From Eledone cirrhosa (taxonomy: Eukaryota), in assembly GCA_964016885.1 (NCBI GenBank), contig OZ024743.1, positions 59,768,001-59,832,000 on the forward strand: a stretch of DNA of 64,000 nucleotides, given 5' to 3'. Each line of letters starts with the position of its first letter. The stretch's first letter is position 1. The notes under the pieces were generated by a model. It made no database searches. It was not told the DNA's origin and saw only the letters and a list, made by a program, of their open reading frames with translations. Positions 1 through 14,290 of this stretch are shown here, piece after piece. The position numbers and the translations under genes are program-made.

Positions 1-329
1 ACATATAAACAGTAGCTCTAATGAGAAGCATAATAAGAAAACAAGATGTATATTCATTTCACTCAAATCATATTACCCTAAACCTATACATTTTCTTTTT
101 GTGGCGAATTGTATATCACTATTGTTTTGAAACGATATAAACAATTGCTAAAAATGTTTCAAAAATACGAAATAGCAGATAAAAAAGTAAAAGAAAATAG
201 GGAAAATGAAATGGTTTTTAACTGTTGATGAATTTGTTGGGGTACTGTCCTGACACACACATATCTTCCCTATTGTAAAACTGATCGAGCTCATCTTGTT
301 TCCCATAAAATGTAGCGATAAAGGAAAAC

Positions 330-485
330 CAAGCATGTACTGGATGATTAATTGATTTATTGTCTCAGAAAGGATGAACGACAGTGTGGACCCCGATGGT
401 AATTGAAGTCAGAGCACATTGAACCGGGACAAATACGGTAATATTTGTAATCCAACGCACTAGCGACTCTGCTAACTCGGTACCG
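330..485 (-). mobile_element. degenerate tRNA-type SINE (family S1)
   Basis: Diverged match (aaggatgaacgacagtgtggacccc...aattgaagtcagag) to the better-preserved copies at 1778-2155. Confidence 0.55.
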
Positions 486-1179
486 CACAGAGCGGATATC
501 ATACAATATTATAATAGAGACAGTGTATATTCAGTAAAAAGGTCATTCCACGAGAATACACAAATATTTCATTAAAAATGCGATAAAAGATGTATACATT
601 ATGAAAATGATTTCTGAGTACATTGGACTAATAGAAATATTTCAAAATTATAATGAAGTAGAATACAATAATCCGTTGTCATAGAAATGTTATCGTTTCA
701 CTAAGATGTGCAGAAAATATCCTTCCTGTCTAGATGTATATATTTTATAAAAACGCTTTGCGATGTAAGTACGCATTACAAATATCCTTGTATATGTAAC
801 AAAACAATCTTTTTCCGTTAATATATGTAATTTTATTATTTTTGTTGTACCAGCCCATGGGTTATCCTCATACTAGGCATTGCTGCATGTATGTGTATAT
901 ACGAATTTATCGTTCACCGTATTTCGGTAAAAAGAAAACGAGAATTCAATGGGAATGCCACTGGCTCTTAACTCATAGGAGTTTCGTAGGCAACAACACA
1001 GTGACATCCAGCATGTCTTCAGCATTTAAACTCCGTTGAAGCCACCCTACTCTCAAAGTTTAAGTACATTTGATTTCTTCTAGGGAAAGACAGACAGTGG
1101 AAGTAGTAAATATCTATTGAAGTTAGATAAAACTTTGTAAATAACTTGTATTATATTTAATGATATTGCAACTCCAGAG

Positions 1180-1335
1180 CGTTAGATTGGCAGAATCGGT
1201 AGAACGTCAGGAACTATGCTTTGCAGCATAGACATGTGACCCTTTATATTCTGAGTTCAAATCCCGCCGAGGTTAAATTCGCCTTTCATCCTTACGGGGT
1301 CGATGAAATTAAGTATCAGTAATGCACTGGGCTAG
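1180..1335 (+). mobile_element. tRNA-type SINE (family S1)
   Basis: A-box-like tggcagaatcgg, B-box-like gagttcaaatccc, body gcctttcatccttacggggtcgat. Confidence 0.75.
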
Positions 1336-1589
1336 TTGCTGGCAAAAAGTAGAAACATTTATATTTACCAGTTTCAAAAGGAAATTTTAACATCATTGGT
1401 ATCAGTTTCTGGATCCGGCGTTTTATCGATTCTACCAAACCGAGTCCTTCTGTATGTGAGTATGTGAAGGAAACCCTCCGAATTTCTTTAACATATACGC
1501 TTTTCCTCTTCATTTATTCCAATAAATGGATTTTTGCAATGCTAAGACACAGCTATATACATAGGTATAACTGTCTATATTATTCTCCG

Positions 1590-2220
1590 TATTTGAACTC
1601 AGAATGGCAAGGGCCGTAACTCTATACGGCAAAGCATGTGTCCGACCCTCTATCGATAGTGCTTTGTCACGCGTAATCATCTTGAGAATTGTGTTAGCTG
1701 CATATGGTCTGTTGAATGCTCAAACAATTGCTCAGTAATATCATGATCAAGCATTTCCGCTGCACAACCTTTTAATAATAATAATTGTTTCTTCGTTTGG
1801 CACAAGGCCAGCAATTACCCAGTGCATTACTGGTACTTTATTTTATCGACCCCGCAAGGATGAAAGGCAAAGTCAACTTCGGCGGGATTTGAACTCAGAT
1901 CGTAACTATGCTAGAAAGCATGGCGTCCAACACTCTACCGATACTGCCAATTCACCTTTTAATAATAATAATTGTTTCTACTTTAGGCACAAGGACAGCA
2001 ATTTCCCAGTGCATTACTGGTACTTTATTTTATCGACCCCGTAAGGATGAAAGGTAAAGTCAACCTCGGCGGGATTTGAACTCAGATCGTAAAGGGACGT
2101 AACTATGCTTGAAACATGGCGTCCGACCCTCTACTGATACTGCCAATCCACAGCCAATAATAATTGTTTCTACTTTAGGCACAAGGCCAGCAATTCACCA
2201 GTGCATTACTGGTACTTTAT
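1590..2220 (-). mobile_element. cluster of S1 SINE copies (two near-complete plus partials), with an S2 fragment at about 1661-1770
   Basis: Unit taataattgtttctactttaggcacaagg...tactgccaat repeats at about 1778, 1965 and 2158. Confidence 0.8.
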
Positions 2221-2519
2221 AGGAAGGTGTCTAAGTATATACATTTATATGTGTGTGTGAAAGGAAGTTTTATTTCAGCCGGGATATGTTTGTAAGGAAG
2301 TAGACAAAGCACTAACATTTGGTTATATCATAAGCAGGCATTGTCTGTGAATCACTTAAGAAATAATGTAATTCACACATTGAAATAGTTATTTGCTGTC
2401 TCAAAGCTTTTACGCACTGGAAACTTGTTGGACAATTTTATACACTTTGTGAAGAACAAACTTCTTAGTCCTTTTCATAATAAAATAGACAGAATTAATT
2501 CGTGCGTCTATCTCCTAAG

Positions 2520-2785
2520 GGTGTGCGGCTTCATCTGTTAATGGCATGAATTGAATATCAGGTAATGCGTTGTATCGTTGTGCAAAACGATTTATTATAC
2601 GCTGCTCCGCTGCAATCAGTTAACGAAAATATGCGTTGTACTTCTTAGTCAAATGGTCAGCTTTGTCACGCGTAATCATCTTGAGAATTGTGTTAGCTGC
2701 ATATGTGTCTGTTGAATGCTCAAACATCTTCTCAGTAATATCATGATCATTCAATTCCGCTGCACAACCATCTGAAACATTAGCT
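2520..2785 (+). mobile_element. diverged SINE (family S2)
   Basis: 3' part is duplicated at 1661-1770 and similar to 38763-39040; resembles a common octopod SINE (recollection). Confidence 0.55.
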
Positions 2786-4969
2786 GTGCGGACTAATGTT
2801 TTCCCAACAAAAAACACTACAATGGATTCTGATTAAACTGTTGACTGACATTAAAATATCAATTGCTTCTTGTAAGGACATATTGGAAACGAAATGTTAA
2901 CATCTAAAAACAAATCTTATAAAGAATACCAGGTATTATGACGAAACCATAATCTATATTTAGAAAATAAATGGTTGTGTAATCCATTTCCATGTGGCAG
3001 GTGTGGTATATGTAACATTTCAACTAAATCTCTATTGATGCCAATGTATTAGAATTATTATTCATGAGTAAAAATGTAAATGTCAGTTTTAGTTGCAAAG
3101 CTTTCTAATGTGGGAGGTAAATCACAATACATATAATCAGAGATGCAATTATGTCAGAATATGATAAAAAAATGACAAGCAATGTCTGTGGAAGATATAT
3201 TTGTAATATAATATATTAAATGATTCAATGGGAATCACTTTCAAATATCTATATTTTACCTTCTTCTAATACCGCAAAATACCGCTCAAAATATTATGAA
3301 ATTTAGATTGTTATCATAAGTTTGTGCAGGTTTAGATTTTTTAGATATTTCTTCTCAGAGCAAGTCACAATATATTTACTTTACGTTAATTTAAATAAAA
3401 AGATAAATCTAATGTCAGAGGTTTGTTGATTCAGTCACTTCTCTAAAAAATAAAAAAAAAACAAGAAATATTTATCTCCATCTATCTTCTGAAATCTTTT
3501 CTATCTCTCACATTTCTACTGGGCACAGGGACATAAAAAAGTATTTATTTAATATACAATATATTATTTTTTCATTTTAATTTCATTAAATGTTATTCCT
3601 GGAACCAATCTTAATTTTCTCTCACTCACCTGTTATTTCCCACATTGTTTATGAACACTCATTAATAACAATTTTACGTTATCACAATCCCACTCTCCTT
3701 TATCCCGCCCACACTGAATTTCGTTAATCCCCTCTCCGCTTCCTCAATATCTATGCAAATCCTGTCATTATATTATTTCATTATTTGAAAAATACTGCTG
3801 TTTAATTCTCTGATATCTTGTTTGTTCATTTGTTTTACATTTAATCTTTCTCATAAAATTATAATCGTGCATTGTTTCCCGTATAAAATGTGCCTTAAAT
3901 GGACGATGTGGTTTTCACAGGCACAGAAAAGTAGGTTCGCCTTGAATATATCATATTGAAATTAGAATAATTCCATTAGTGTACATGAGGTTTCTAACGT
4001 CTAAAACAAATTCTATAATGCCGCTATTGCAATATAACAAAATGCAGATCAACAATTTCACAAGATAGAGTAGATTTCATCACACTTTCAGTACAGCGTC
4101 TCATCAACATTTTAGGTGAGGCTCTTATTTGAAAAAGAATGGTTACGATGGAGAAGATTTCGCTGTAGAAGCACAGTCCCACAAAGCTGAGGCAAAAAGT
4201 TATCCACCAATCATGTCTTTGACAGAGATCTCACATATATGTTCATGAATTTTTACAGTATTATTGAAAGCAGATGAACTTTAGCTGAACTACTTATAAA
4301 GAACGTTGTAGAAAAGAACCATGGTTGATGCCTTATGCTTTTCGATTTCTTTTCCATATCAAAACATTTCCGAGCACATTTTATCCCGGACATCATCAAA
4401 TGTTTACTTCAGTCCAAGCTTGCCACTATCGAGAAATAAAATACTAAAAAAAACACAAACGCTTTACTGAATACATTTCATCGACACATGCATATTTGTT
4501 TAATATATTTAACCAATTTGACAATTTAATGGTTTCACAGAGAGCATTAGCATCCTCTGACAGCTTCTACGTGGCGAGCCATAATATAACTTCCCCTTTC
4601 CTTCTTTACTATTACTAGTGGTTTGACTTTCCTACACGTTTCTCGACCCTTTCGCTATACGTTGCCTCGACTCTTTTCCATTCTACTCAAATCACTACCT
4701 GCTCTTCACATATATATCATAAACATATGCAACCGAGCTCATATATCGCGAAGTTCATTATTACCTCAGTGCCCAGAAATTATACGACCTCATGTGGAAA
4801 GCGAATGTGGTGAGGTCCTTAAATTTCACTACCAGCTACTCAGGGGCTCTCATAAGAAATTGTCTCTATTTGGTCAGAATGGCAGCCAAAGAATCCGATG
4901 CGAATTCCTAAAAAAAAATTAAAAAAGGAGACGAACTTCGAAAAGTTCTGTAATACGAATAATCAAGAA

Positions 4970-5130
4970 AATAATTGTTTCTACTTTTGGCACAAGGCCA
5001 GCTACTATTCCAGTGTATTACTGGTACTTTATTTTATCGACCCTTACGAACTCAGACCACAAAGGGCCGTAACTCTTTGCTGCAAAGCATAGCGTCCGAC
5101 CCTCTACCGATACTGCCAATTCACCGCCCT
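4970..5130 (-). mobile_element. S1 SINE with internal deletion
   Basis: Same ends as the 1965-2155 copy. Confidence 0.75.
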
Positions 5131-5580
5131 CAATCAAGAAAATAATACATTGAAACATGGTTTGCTTCATAAGGATACTTTGTGTGAGGAAAATATTTGA
5201 TCGGCAAACAGACTCCCAAATCAAAAGCTTTATTCCATCTCTATATTGTCTGTCCCTCTCGAACAATGTTGTCAATTTTAAGCAATGCGATCCATAGAAC
5301 AATATTTCAACTAAGATATATGATAGTAGAGGTCATCTAGTGTAATACCACTGGATAGTTTGTGTATTAGGGTTTAGCTCAGAAGGAAGTCTATCCACGT
5401 TGTTTGGTGGTATGTAACAGAAAATGGATCCAGACATGTACACACACACATAAACACACAGACATACACACACACACATTCATATATATACATAAATATA
5501 TATATATATTCAATCATTTGATAGCAGAATCTATTATCTAACATGAATAACATGAATATTTACCAAACACACATCCAAAT

Positions 5581-5584
<4 letters not shown>

Positions 5585-5651
<67 letters not shown>

Positions 5652-5654
5652 CAA

Positions 5655-5695
<41 letters not shown>

Positions 5696-5715
5696 AATGT
5701 GTGTGTGTGTATGTG
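5585..5715. repeat. (CA)n/(TA)n/(TG)n compound microsatellite
   Basis: Seen directly. Confidence 0.95.
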
Positions 5716-6342
5716 CGTGTCATTACTATTTGTTCTAAAAATAGACCTTTTCCTCTATTAATATAGTTTACGTTATTAGTTTCTTAGTAACTAGACCTTC
5801 TACTAGTTGTTGATATATGTATTAGTGAATTATGCTTCCATAATATTTATATCGTTTTTCATAATATATTCTATTGATGTTTAATCCTATAATTGGGGTT
5901 TCGTTAATTAATAAGTATTATTTAACTGATATGTTCTAGTCGTATATCTATTACATTTCCGTAGTGAATAGTAAATGTGTGTAATGGTTTAGCAATTTAT
6001 GTTTAGTTACTGTACGTTATATCTTTATTTCTAATACATTTTTAATTGCATATTTAGTCCCCCATAAATATTTAATGTTTTCTCAACCGTATTGTCGGAC
6101 ATCAGATATAGCAGTTTTATTGAACATGAAATATTTGTATTTTAATATAAATTGCAGACTATCTATAAAAAACTACGCTATAAATATGGTCTGCTATGAA
6201 TAAAGGAATACGTCTAGCCAATATATTTTGATTGAATTACTTTCCTTTTCTTGTGTGCTATAAATGTCTATGTATATACACATAAAAATAGGGGGCGTCT
6301 CCGGTACATGATTAATGTGTCTTCCTGTACAGAGTTGTTTTT

Positions 6343-6790
<448 letters not shown>

Positions 6791-7054
6791 TTGTGTATTA
6801 CACTATTGAATATAAATACTGTAAATAAAACCCTTTTTGTACTGTCGACCATGTTATTCTTCACTCTTTCACTATTATTACCCCAAGAATGACCTGCATA
6901 GGAATTCCTGCGAACTCGCTACCTAACTAAGGAAACCTCTTGTTGAGTCAAACAACGCCGTACGTTAAAACTATCCACAATACAGAATACTCACAACCTC
7001 TAACTGGATTACCTTAAACGATAACTTGTAATCCCATATATATATATAAATATA

Positions 7055-7299
7055 TAAGTATATATTACACAAAGAGAAATGTGTTACACAGTGAGAAGTG
7101 TGTAAAGAATTATTACAAGTGATTTTCCCGTTACTGTAAAGGGAACAATATCTACAGGTAAGCAATTAAATAGAAAAAAACCAGATCAGAATCAAATCTC
7201 TGATATTGTTCCCTTTACAGTAACGGTAAAATAACTTGTAATAATTCTTTACACACATCTCACTGTGTAACACATTTCTCTTTGTGTAATATATACTTA
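7055..7299. repeat. long inverted repeat (arms about 7055-7152 and 7202-7299)
   Basis: Arms are near-exact reverse complements; left end abuts (TA)n. Confidence 0.85.
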
Positions 7300-7438
7300 C
7301 ATTTGAGCTCGGAAGGAAATTCTCTATTCTTCTTTGAGGTAATAATACTATTATTATTATTATTATTATTATTACAGTGAACTGCGGAATACTCTTAATT
7401 CCGATTTTTGTATAATATATAAATATATATATATATAT

Positions 7439-7628
7439 AATGAAGGAGATGTGGTAAGGAACCAGATGGACCATAACGCACCAAAGTACTCAATACTTAG
7501 GGTAGTAGAGTGGGTAATAGGAACGAGTAGGACCCGACGGCTAAGCTCAAGCCGTTTCGACGGCTAATTCTGGACTGAATTAGCCGTCGAAACGGCTTGA
7601 GCTCAGCCGTCGGGGTCCTACTCGCACC
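7439..7628. mobile_element. family A fold-back element carrying the 3' half of a hammerhead
   Basis: Flanked by (TA)n; palindromic right half; contains GAAAcggct-tgagctc-agccGTC. Confidence 0.75.
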
Positions 7629-7680
7629 TATATATATATATGTAGGTATGTATATATAAATTTAACATGTTTGACTTACT

Positions 7681-7717
<37 letters not shown>

Positions 7718-8014
7718 ATACACACTACAACAGAATTCTAATAAATATTGCCTGTGTAGGTAATCAAGTTGTGTTACATTTTTGGGGTCACCTGTATATA
7801 TGTATGTGTTGTGTGTGTGTGTGTGCGTATGAATTGTGACCGAAAGAATAATAGAAGGGAATGTTACGCCGCAATGAAGATATAAATGATTTAACGCTTC
7901 ATATATTAAGACGCCAGTCTTTTTTCCGGAGAGAGACGAAGATTTTGAAACATATAAGAGGGAAAGAAGATTGGAAGAAACGGAAAAAAATGTTATTTTT
8001 CGGCGGCATACCGT

Positions 8015-8045
<31 letters not shown>

Positions 8046-8249
8046 TACATACATATATACAATATATATATACACACATATATATACATATGTATATATA
8101 TATATATATATTATATATATATATATTATATATATATCATAAAACATGTCTATAGAATCACAAGATAAAATATATACTATTTCCTCTCCCAATTAGCATA
8201 ATTAACTATATAAAAAATCGAATAGACCAGGCTATAAGAATGAGGCTTC

Positions 8250-8631
<382 letters not shown>

Positions 8632-8654
8632 TATATATATATATATATATATAT

Positions 8655-8924
8655 ATAAGTTGTAATAAAATGAAAACGAAATTTCATTTCTCACTCTTAT
8701 ACGGCACTTACTTAAATGTAAGTATGTATGTATACGCACATACACATACGCATACAGACGTACAGTAGCATGCATATACATATATATATATATATATATA
8801 CACATATATACACACAGGTACACATACATATATGTACGTATCAGTTTACAAACGAACAAAGCGGGCGCTATAATAAGCGTCCGCTAAACTGATACGTACA
8901 TATATGTATGTGTACCTGTGTGTA

Positions 8925-8967
<43 letters not shown>

Positions 8968-9407
8968 GCATGCTACTGTACGTCTGTATGAGTATGTGTA
9001 TGTGCGTATACATACATACTTACATTTAAGTAAGTGCCGTACTAAGAGTGAGAAATGAAATTTCGTTTTCATGTTATTACAACTCATCGTTTTCGGTGCG
9101 CCTGACCGATTTAACTCACTCGATATGCAAATTAGGCTGCTCAGCCGTTAATTTTCATAAGGAAAGTATATACTTTCGAACGTTCAACTATCTGGCAGAT
9201 GGGCATACGGTGCTGATGATAGCTAACAGGCTTGAAACTAGTACATCGTTCCTGTGTCAGTGTTGAACAAAAAGGTGACGTGGTTGCCTTAACACCGTGC
9301 GGCATAAATTCAGGCTGTTCAGTTTGTTTACAAACGAACAAAGCGGGCGCTATAATAAGCGTCCGCTAAACTGATACGTGCATATATGTATGTGTACCTG
9401 TGTGTAT

Positions 9408-9439
<32 letters not shown>

Positions 9440-9500
9440 GCATGCTACTGTACGTCTGTATGCGTATGTGTATGTGCGTATACATACATACTTACATATA
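8655..9500 (+). mobile_element. family B non-coding HHR repeat (retrozyme-like): inverted segment plus about 1.3 tandem monomers
   Basis: caaacgaacaaagcgggcgc recurs at 8849 and 9331; 8655-8848 is the reverse complement of about 8886-9080. Confidence 0.75.
9207..9249 (+). ncRNA. minimal type I hammerhead ribozyme (family B)
   Basis: acggtg CTGATGA t-agc-taacag-gct-t GAAA ctag TA catcgt; stem I acggtg/catcgt, palindromic helix III actagt. Confidence 0.8.
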
Positions 9501-9521
9501 TATATATATATATATACATAA

Positions 9522-9557
<36 letters not shown>

Positions 9558-9616
9558 TTATATATATGTATATATATATATATTTATATATATGTATATA
9601 CATATATATTTATATA

Positions 9617-9728
<112 letters not shown>

Positions 9729-10351
9729 AATAAGTATATATAGATGCAGAGATAGACAGACAGATAAGTGCATACAATAGATTGCATCCGTCTGTGGCGA
9801 AAGAAGATGAATTTATGTCTGAATAATTTCGTTTCAGTCCTTTTGATTGATATTGTGTATATATCGCAGCTGTTCATATGTGTTAAGCATTATATAATGA
9901 TTGCTGATGTATATTGTATGACAGAATTGGCTGAAAAATATTTTGATTGAACAAATAAAAGAAATATAAAAGAGAGATGTTTGTTGGTTGGTTCCTTCGC
10001 GTATCACACGTAATAAACGGAAAGTGACAATCGGAAAGTATGTACAGGATTGGGATAAGAGTATATATATCCAGGAAAGTTTATTGATACTAATTTTGTA
10101 ACACCAAAGAAGAAGAAAAATATACCACGTATGATAACCAACCTATATCTAGCAGGTTTGGCATCAACCATAAGGCATTCTCTCTGCGAGTTCGTTGTCA
10201 GTGTTTCGCAGCCTAGGTATCCGATTCCAACAGTGGTTTACACACACAGACACACACACACACACACGCACACACACGAACATTCACACAGGCACACGCA
10301 CACACACACATATATATATATATATGCCCAAACACACACAAACATACACAC

Positions 10352-10385
<34 letters not shown>

Positions 10386-10619
10386 GCACGCACACACACA
10401 CACACACACACACACTGTAAAGAAGACAATGCATTCAATACAGATGTTGTCTCTTCTGCCGGTATTCTCTTATCATTTGATAACCTTGGCGAAGCTGGGT
10501 ACCTCAGCTAGTATATATATATATATATATATGCATTTGCATCTGTCTCCAATTCATCCAGCTACATACTCAAGGGTTGGTTTTGTCTGTACAATCCATC
10601 CAGCGATTATATCCGTATG

Positions 10620-10810
10620 AGACTGTGTTCCCGTTAGTGCTTTGGAAACCACAAGCAGTCACTAATAACAGGGGGTGCAAGCCCTCCTATCCCGATGTCA
10701 TCTCCAGAGATTCTGGTAATTAAATCCAGGATTTGGCAGCTGCAATAAATGACAGATCCACGTGGAGATCGATCGTTGATTTCGGCTGAGGTCGCCGGAT
10801 GATGATATCC
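10620..10810 (+). mobile_element. RTE-like LINE 3' end fragment
   Basis: Translates as SYPDVISRDSG..QDLAAAINDRSTWRSIV, followed by a gatgatgat tail. Confidence 0.55.
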
Positions 10811-11517
10811 TTACATACAATCTAAGCAGCTGCCCGTTTTATCGGAGCTTTGGTCACCCAATTCGGAAACGTAATGGCTCTATTTGAAGCGATTCCCTCA
10901 TCATGGGGCTATTCACTCTTTTGACTAAATTTACTCTAAACGTTATTCAGTGGAACCTTATTTGGGTCGTTTGTATTTGCGATCCTATATTTTTGGTCAT
11001 GCCTCAACATTCATGACAATAGTTTATGGGTGGTACGAATACCAAATTGAAGATAGCGTTTTCGTCTTTTACACTTACCCACTTCTGATGACCAAATTCT
11101 GGAGATGGCGCATTACTCAGGAGATCTTGTGATTATTATGTTTAATAATAATCAATCATTATGAATAATAACGTTGAAAACCTAATTAGAGACTTTTGGA
11201 GACGGGAAAAGTTGACTATTATTTTCATCGAATGCATTGGTATGTATGCATGTCAAATTTTTCTATGGCTTGATAAATCAATTCTATTGTCTAGATACAC
11301 GCTTAAACTCTTCTCGCTATTTAGCACATTCGTTTGCGAACTCTTCTTCCATTCGAAGTTCGACTCCCCACTTGTGACACAGAATGCATCGTCCCCTACC
11401 CAGGCACATAGTACTCTTTTACTCTATTTTCTCAGCAATACTTCATATTGATTGGTTAATATTATAGTTATTTGAGTTGAAACATACATTTCCTAAACAC
11501 ACACGCGCGCGCCCGCC

Positions 11518-11601
<84 letters not shown>

Positions 11602-11686
11602 GGAGGTGAGTTTTATTGTAGTACAATAAAGCAAATCGTATAAGAAGCACTCTACAGTTTGTAGGACTGGAGCATACATAATATAT

Positions 11687-11901
11687 AAGAACAAAAGATG
11701 GTTAAAAGAGTTCCATGTATTTTATTATGCGCATTTCAATATGTTGATTTAAAACTGCACTATCCACAAGTGTTTTTTAACCTTCATATCATATCTTCCT
11801 ATTTTATCTGATGAAAACACAAATATTATTGCATGATGATATTTGTTTTTGAAATGCGCATAATAAAATACATGGAACTCTTTTAACCATCTTTTGTTCT
11901 T
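11687..11901 (+). mobile_element. family C PLE 3' end with an inverted copy of its own terminus
   Basis: Arms 11687-11739 and 11849-11901; matches the end of the 40189-41383 element. Confidence 0.8.
11800..11870 (+). ncRNA. type I hammerhead ribozyme (family C)
   Basis: tattttat CTGATGA aaacacaaatat..atatttgttttt GAAA tgcgca TA ataaaata; 8-bp stem I, palindromic helix III. Confidence 0.85.
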
Positions 11902-12483
11902 ATATATATATATATATATATATATACATAAGTGGAAGCTTAGTAAAATCGAAGCTTTGGCTGTGGGCAAGCAAAGTCGACCTACAATATGAATGAGTTA
12001 GCAAATCACTCAATAAGGGTAGGCCCTTAATGAAATAACATACGTCTAAATAGCTTGACAAATTAAACATTGTGGTAGGCAAAACCTAACAGATGATACC
12101 AAAGTAACGAAAAAACTAACAGGTTAAAAAAGATACACCTGGACAAATCAAACGATATACGTTAAAAGTGTTTCAATGAATTCGAAATCAAATATCCAAC
12201 TTACGTAACAGGCACGCTCGTGATATTCCATGATCGAACAGAGGATTCATTTCATCAACAGGGATTCCGTTCTGCCAAAAATCGGAGTGGACACTAAATG
12301 GTGCTGCTATAAGCAAGCCAAACTTACTTTTAGTTATCAGGTATATATTTAACGCATGTTAAGTAACTATATGTTTCATCAAACATTTTTTCTATCCTTG
12401 ACAGGTGTCATTTAGGTATTTGTGTTGAAACAATTGTAAAGAATTAATGCTTCATGAAATTCTATTTATCATCACAATTTGTT

Positions 12484-12574
<91 letters not shown>

Positions 12575-12639
12575 ACACACACACACGCACTCACACACAC
12601 ATATATATATACATACATATATATATATATATATATAGT

Positions 12640-14150
12640 AATAATAATAAATTTGAAGACTAAAATCCAAAAATCCAAAGAGGGGTCGATAAGGATAAAT
12701 ATATATCAAATATATAAGAACCGTAGAGCAAATATTTATTAAAATAACAGATTAAAATTTAAACAAAGAATCGCTGCTGTCACCCTTAACGGGATCTTGT
12801 GAAACTAAGAAAGTCAATCTGAAAATGCAGAAGTGGATATTTCAAAAAACGTTGCAACCGGAGGAAGACAGGAAGACGATACTTTGGTTCGTGGAAACGT
12901 TCCCTGGCAAAGAACGGGAAAAAACAAATATAATACGTCATTAATAGGAGCGGTGAAAAACAATTACGCGCAAAGACAGAACCACGTTTATGGTATAAAG
13001 AGGTCGTAGACTAATGTTCTCTTAGGTGGTTCATAGAGATGTTCTCTGGCAAAGAACGAAAAAAAAAGAAGATAATACGTCATATGTGTAGCGAGGAGAA
13101 CAATTGCAAGCAAAGACAAAACCACGTAAATGGTATAGCAGAAGTCGTAGACTAAAATTCTAACTAAGAAACCGAATGAATCTCCGCTTCAGAGTTAAGA
13201 ACTAAGTAAATAAATACAATACAGGAGTAATAGAAATTAAATAAATACATACACGCATACAAATACGTACATACACAAGCATACGCAAAAACACTTACCA
13301 TAGTTATACAAAACCACGCACATATAAATATGTGTGTGTGTGTATGCGTATATGCAAATAAATAAATAATTAAATAAACGTATATAAATAAATAAATATG
13401 TATATAAGAAGCGCACACACATACCTACATGTAAATACACAAATGTTCGGAGACGTAAGTCAACAAAAACATGAAGTACACATATACTCACACCTTACAT
13501 ACGTACGAACCTGCATACTCACACACACACAAAACTCCCGTATACACATAACCAAACCATATGTACCAGAATATATAAAATATACGCCATAACATATACA
13601 ATCAAATATACGTACGAGAAGGTATACGTACCTTCACAAAACATACAGGTAATATATACTTACCTATGCAAATAAATAATGGTATAAAGCAAACATATAC
13701 TTAGCTACCACATCAAGACGTAAAATATCCATGTATAGATCGTACTATCCGTTAGGGTATAACGTGGGGCTGTAATACAGGAATGTTTGGTGCAATTTAT
13801 GTTTACAAGCCGAAATAGCTTCAGATTTTTTGTTTAAGATGCGGTCTGTGGCGTAGAGTATTTCCAGGGCCTCAGCGGCGCAGAGGTCACATGATCTTTT
13901 ATTTCCGTTATACGATCTAGCCCTATCTAGGATCTCCCAATGTAACTTATATTGGGTGTGGTTGTCTTTTTGACTCCATATATAAGCTGAAAGTGACGTC
14001 ATATTCCTTCTTAGAGGGTAACGAAAAGAATGGGTATGCATGTAAAGACGCTGCTTGAATCTATTGGCAGTTAACCCTGTGTAGGCCCTACGGGACGTGG
14101 GTGTTTCAACCTTACATTTGTAGACACTATTACTAGATAGGCATATCTAT
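12640..14150 (-). mobile_element. 5'-truncated Penelope-like element (Naiad-like endonuclease) with long 3' UTR
   Basis: GIY-YIG coding at 13745-14147; UTR contains a tandem duplication of about 140 bp (12900-13160); left boundary approximate. Confidence 0.65.
13745..14147 (-). pseudogene. PLE GIY-YIG endonuclease fragment
   Basis: CLSSNSVYKCKV..AYTGLTANRFKQRLYMH..TSLSAYIW..CDLCAAE..LNKKSEAISACKH. Confidence 0.8.
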
Positions 14151-14290
14151 ATTTAGGTTTGTTGGTTCACACTGGATAGAAGTGGTCATTCCGTATAGTC
14201 AACCTTGATGTAATATTTAGGAGAGCACTCGACGTAATGCAACTCATCCGTCTTCGTTTGTGTTGTTGGTGTGCGAGTACGGAGTTAATT

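Noticed and set aside
2620-2817. 65-aa ORF that looks protein-like
   Set aside because: Antisense reading of an S2 SINE; part of it is duplicated at 1661-1770
3920-4460. Coding-like composition, possible exon or transposase relic
   Set aside because: Stops in the frames I translated and no recognisable motif
7740-8015. Tc1/mariner-like TIR ends (ggggtcacctgTA; ggcataccgTA)
   Set aside because: Each lacks a matching partner TIR, so no element can be delimited
11080-11130. CTGATGA-cca..tgg
   Set aside because: GAAA absent and stem I not closed; at best a decayed relic
12765-12812. Possible decayed HHR at the 3' end of the 12640-14150 PLE (cacaaga-tccc-gttaa-gggt-gaca on the minus strand)
   Set aside because: Three core mismatches and no stem I; position is suggestive but not sufficient
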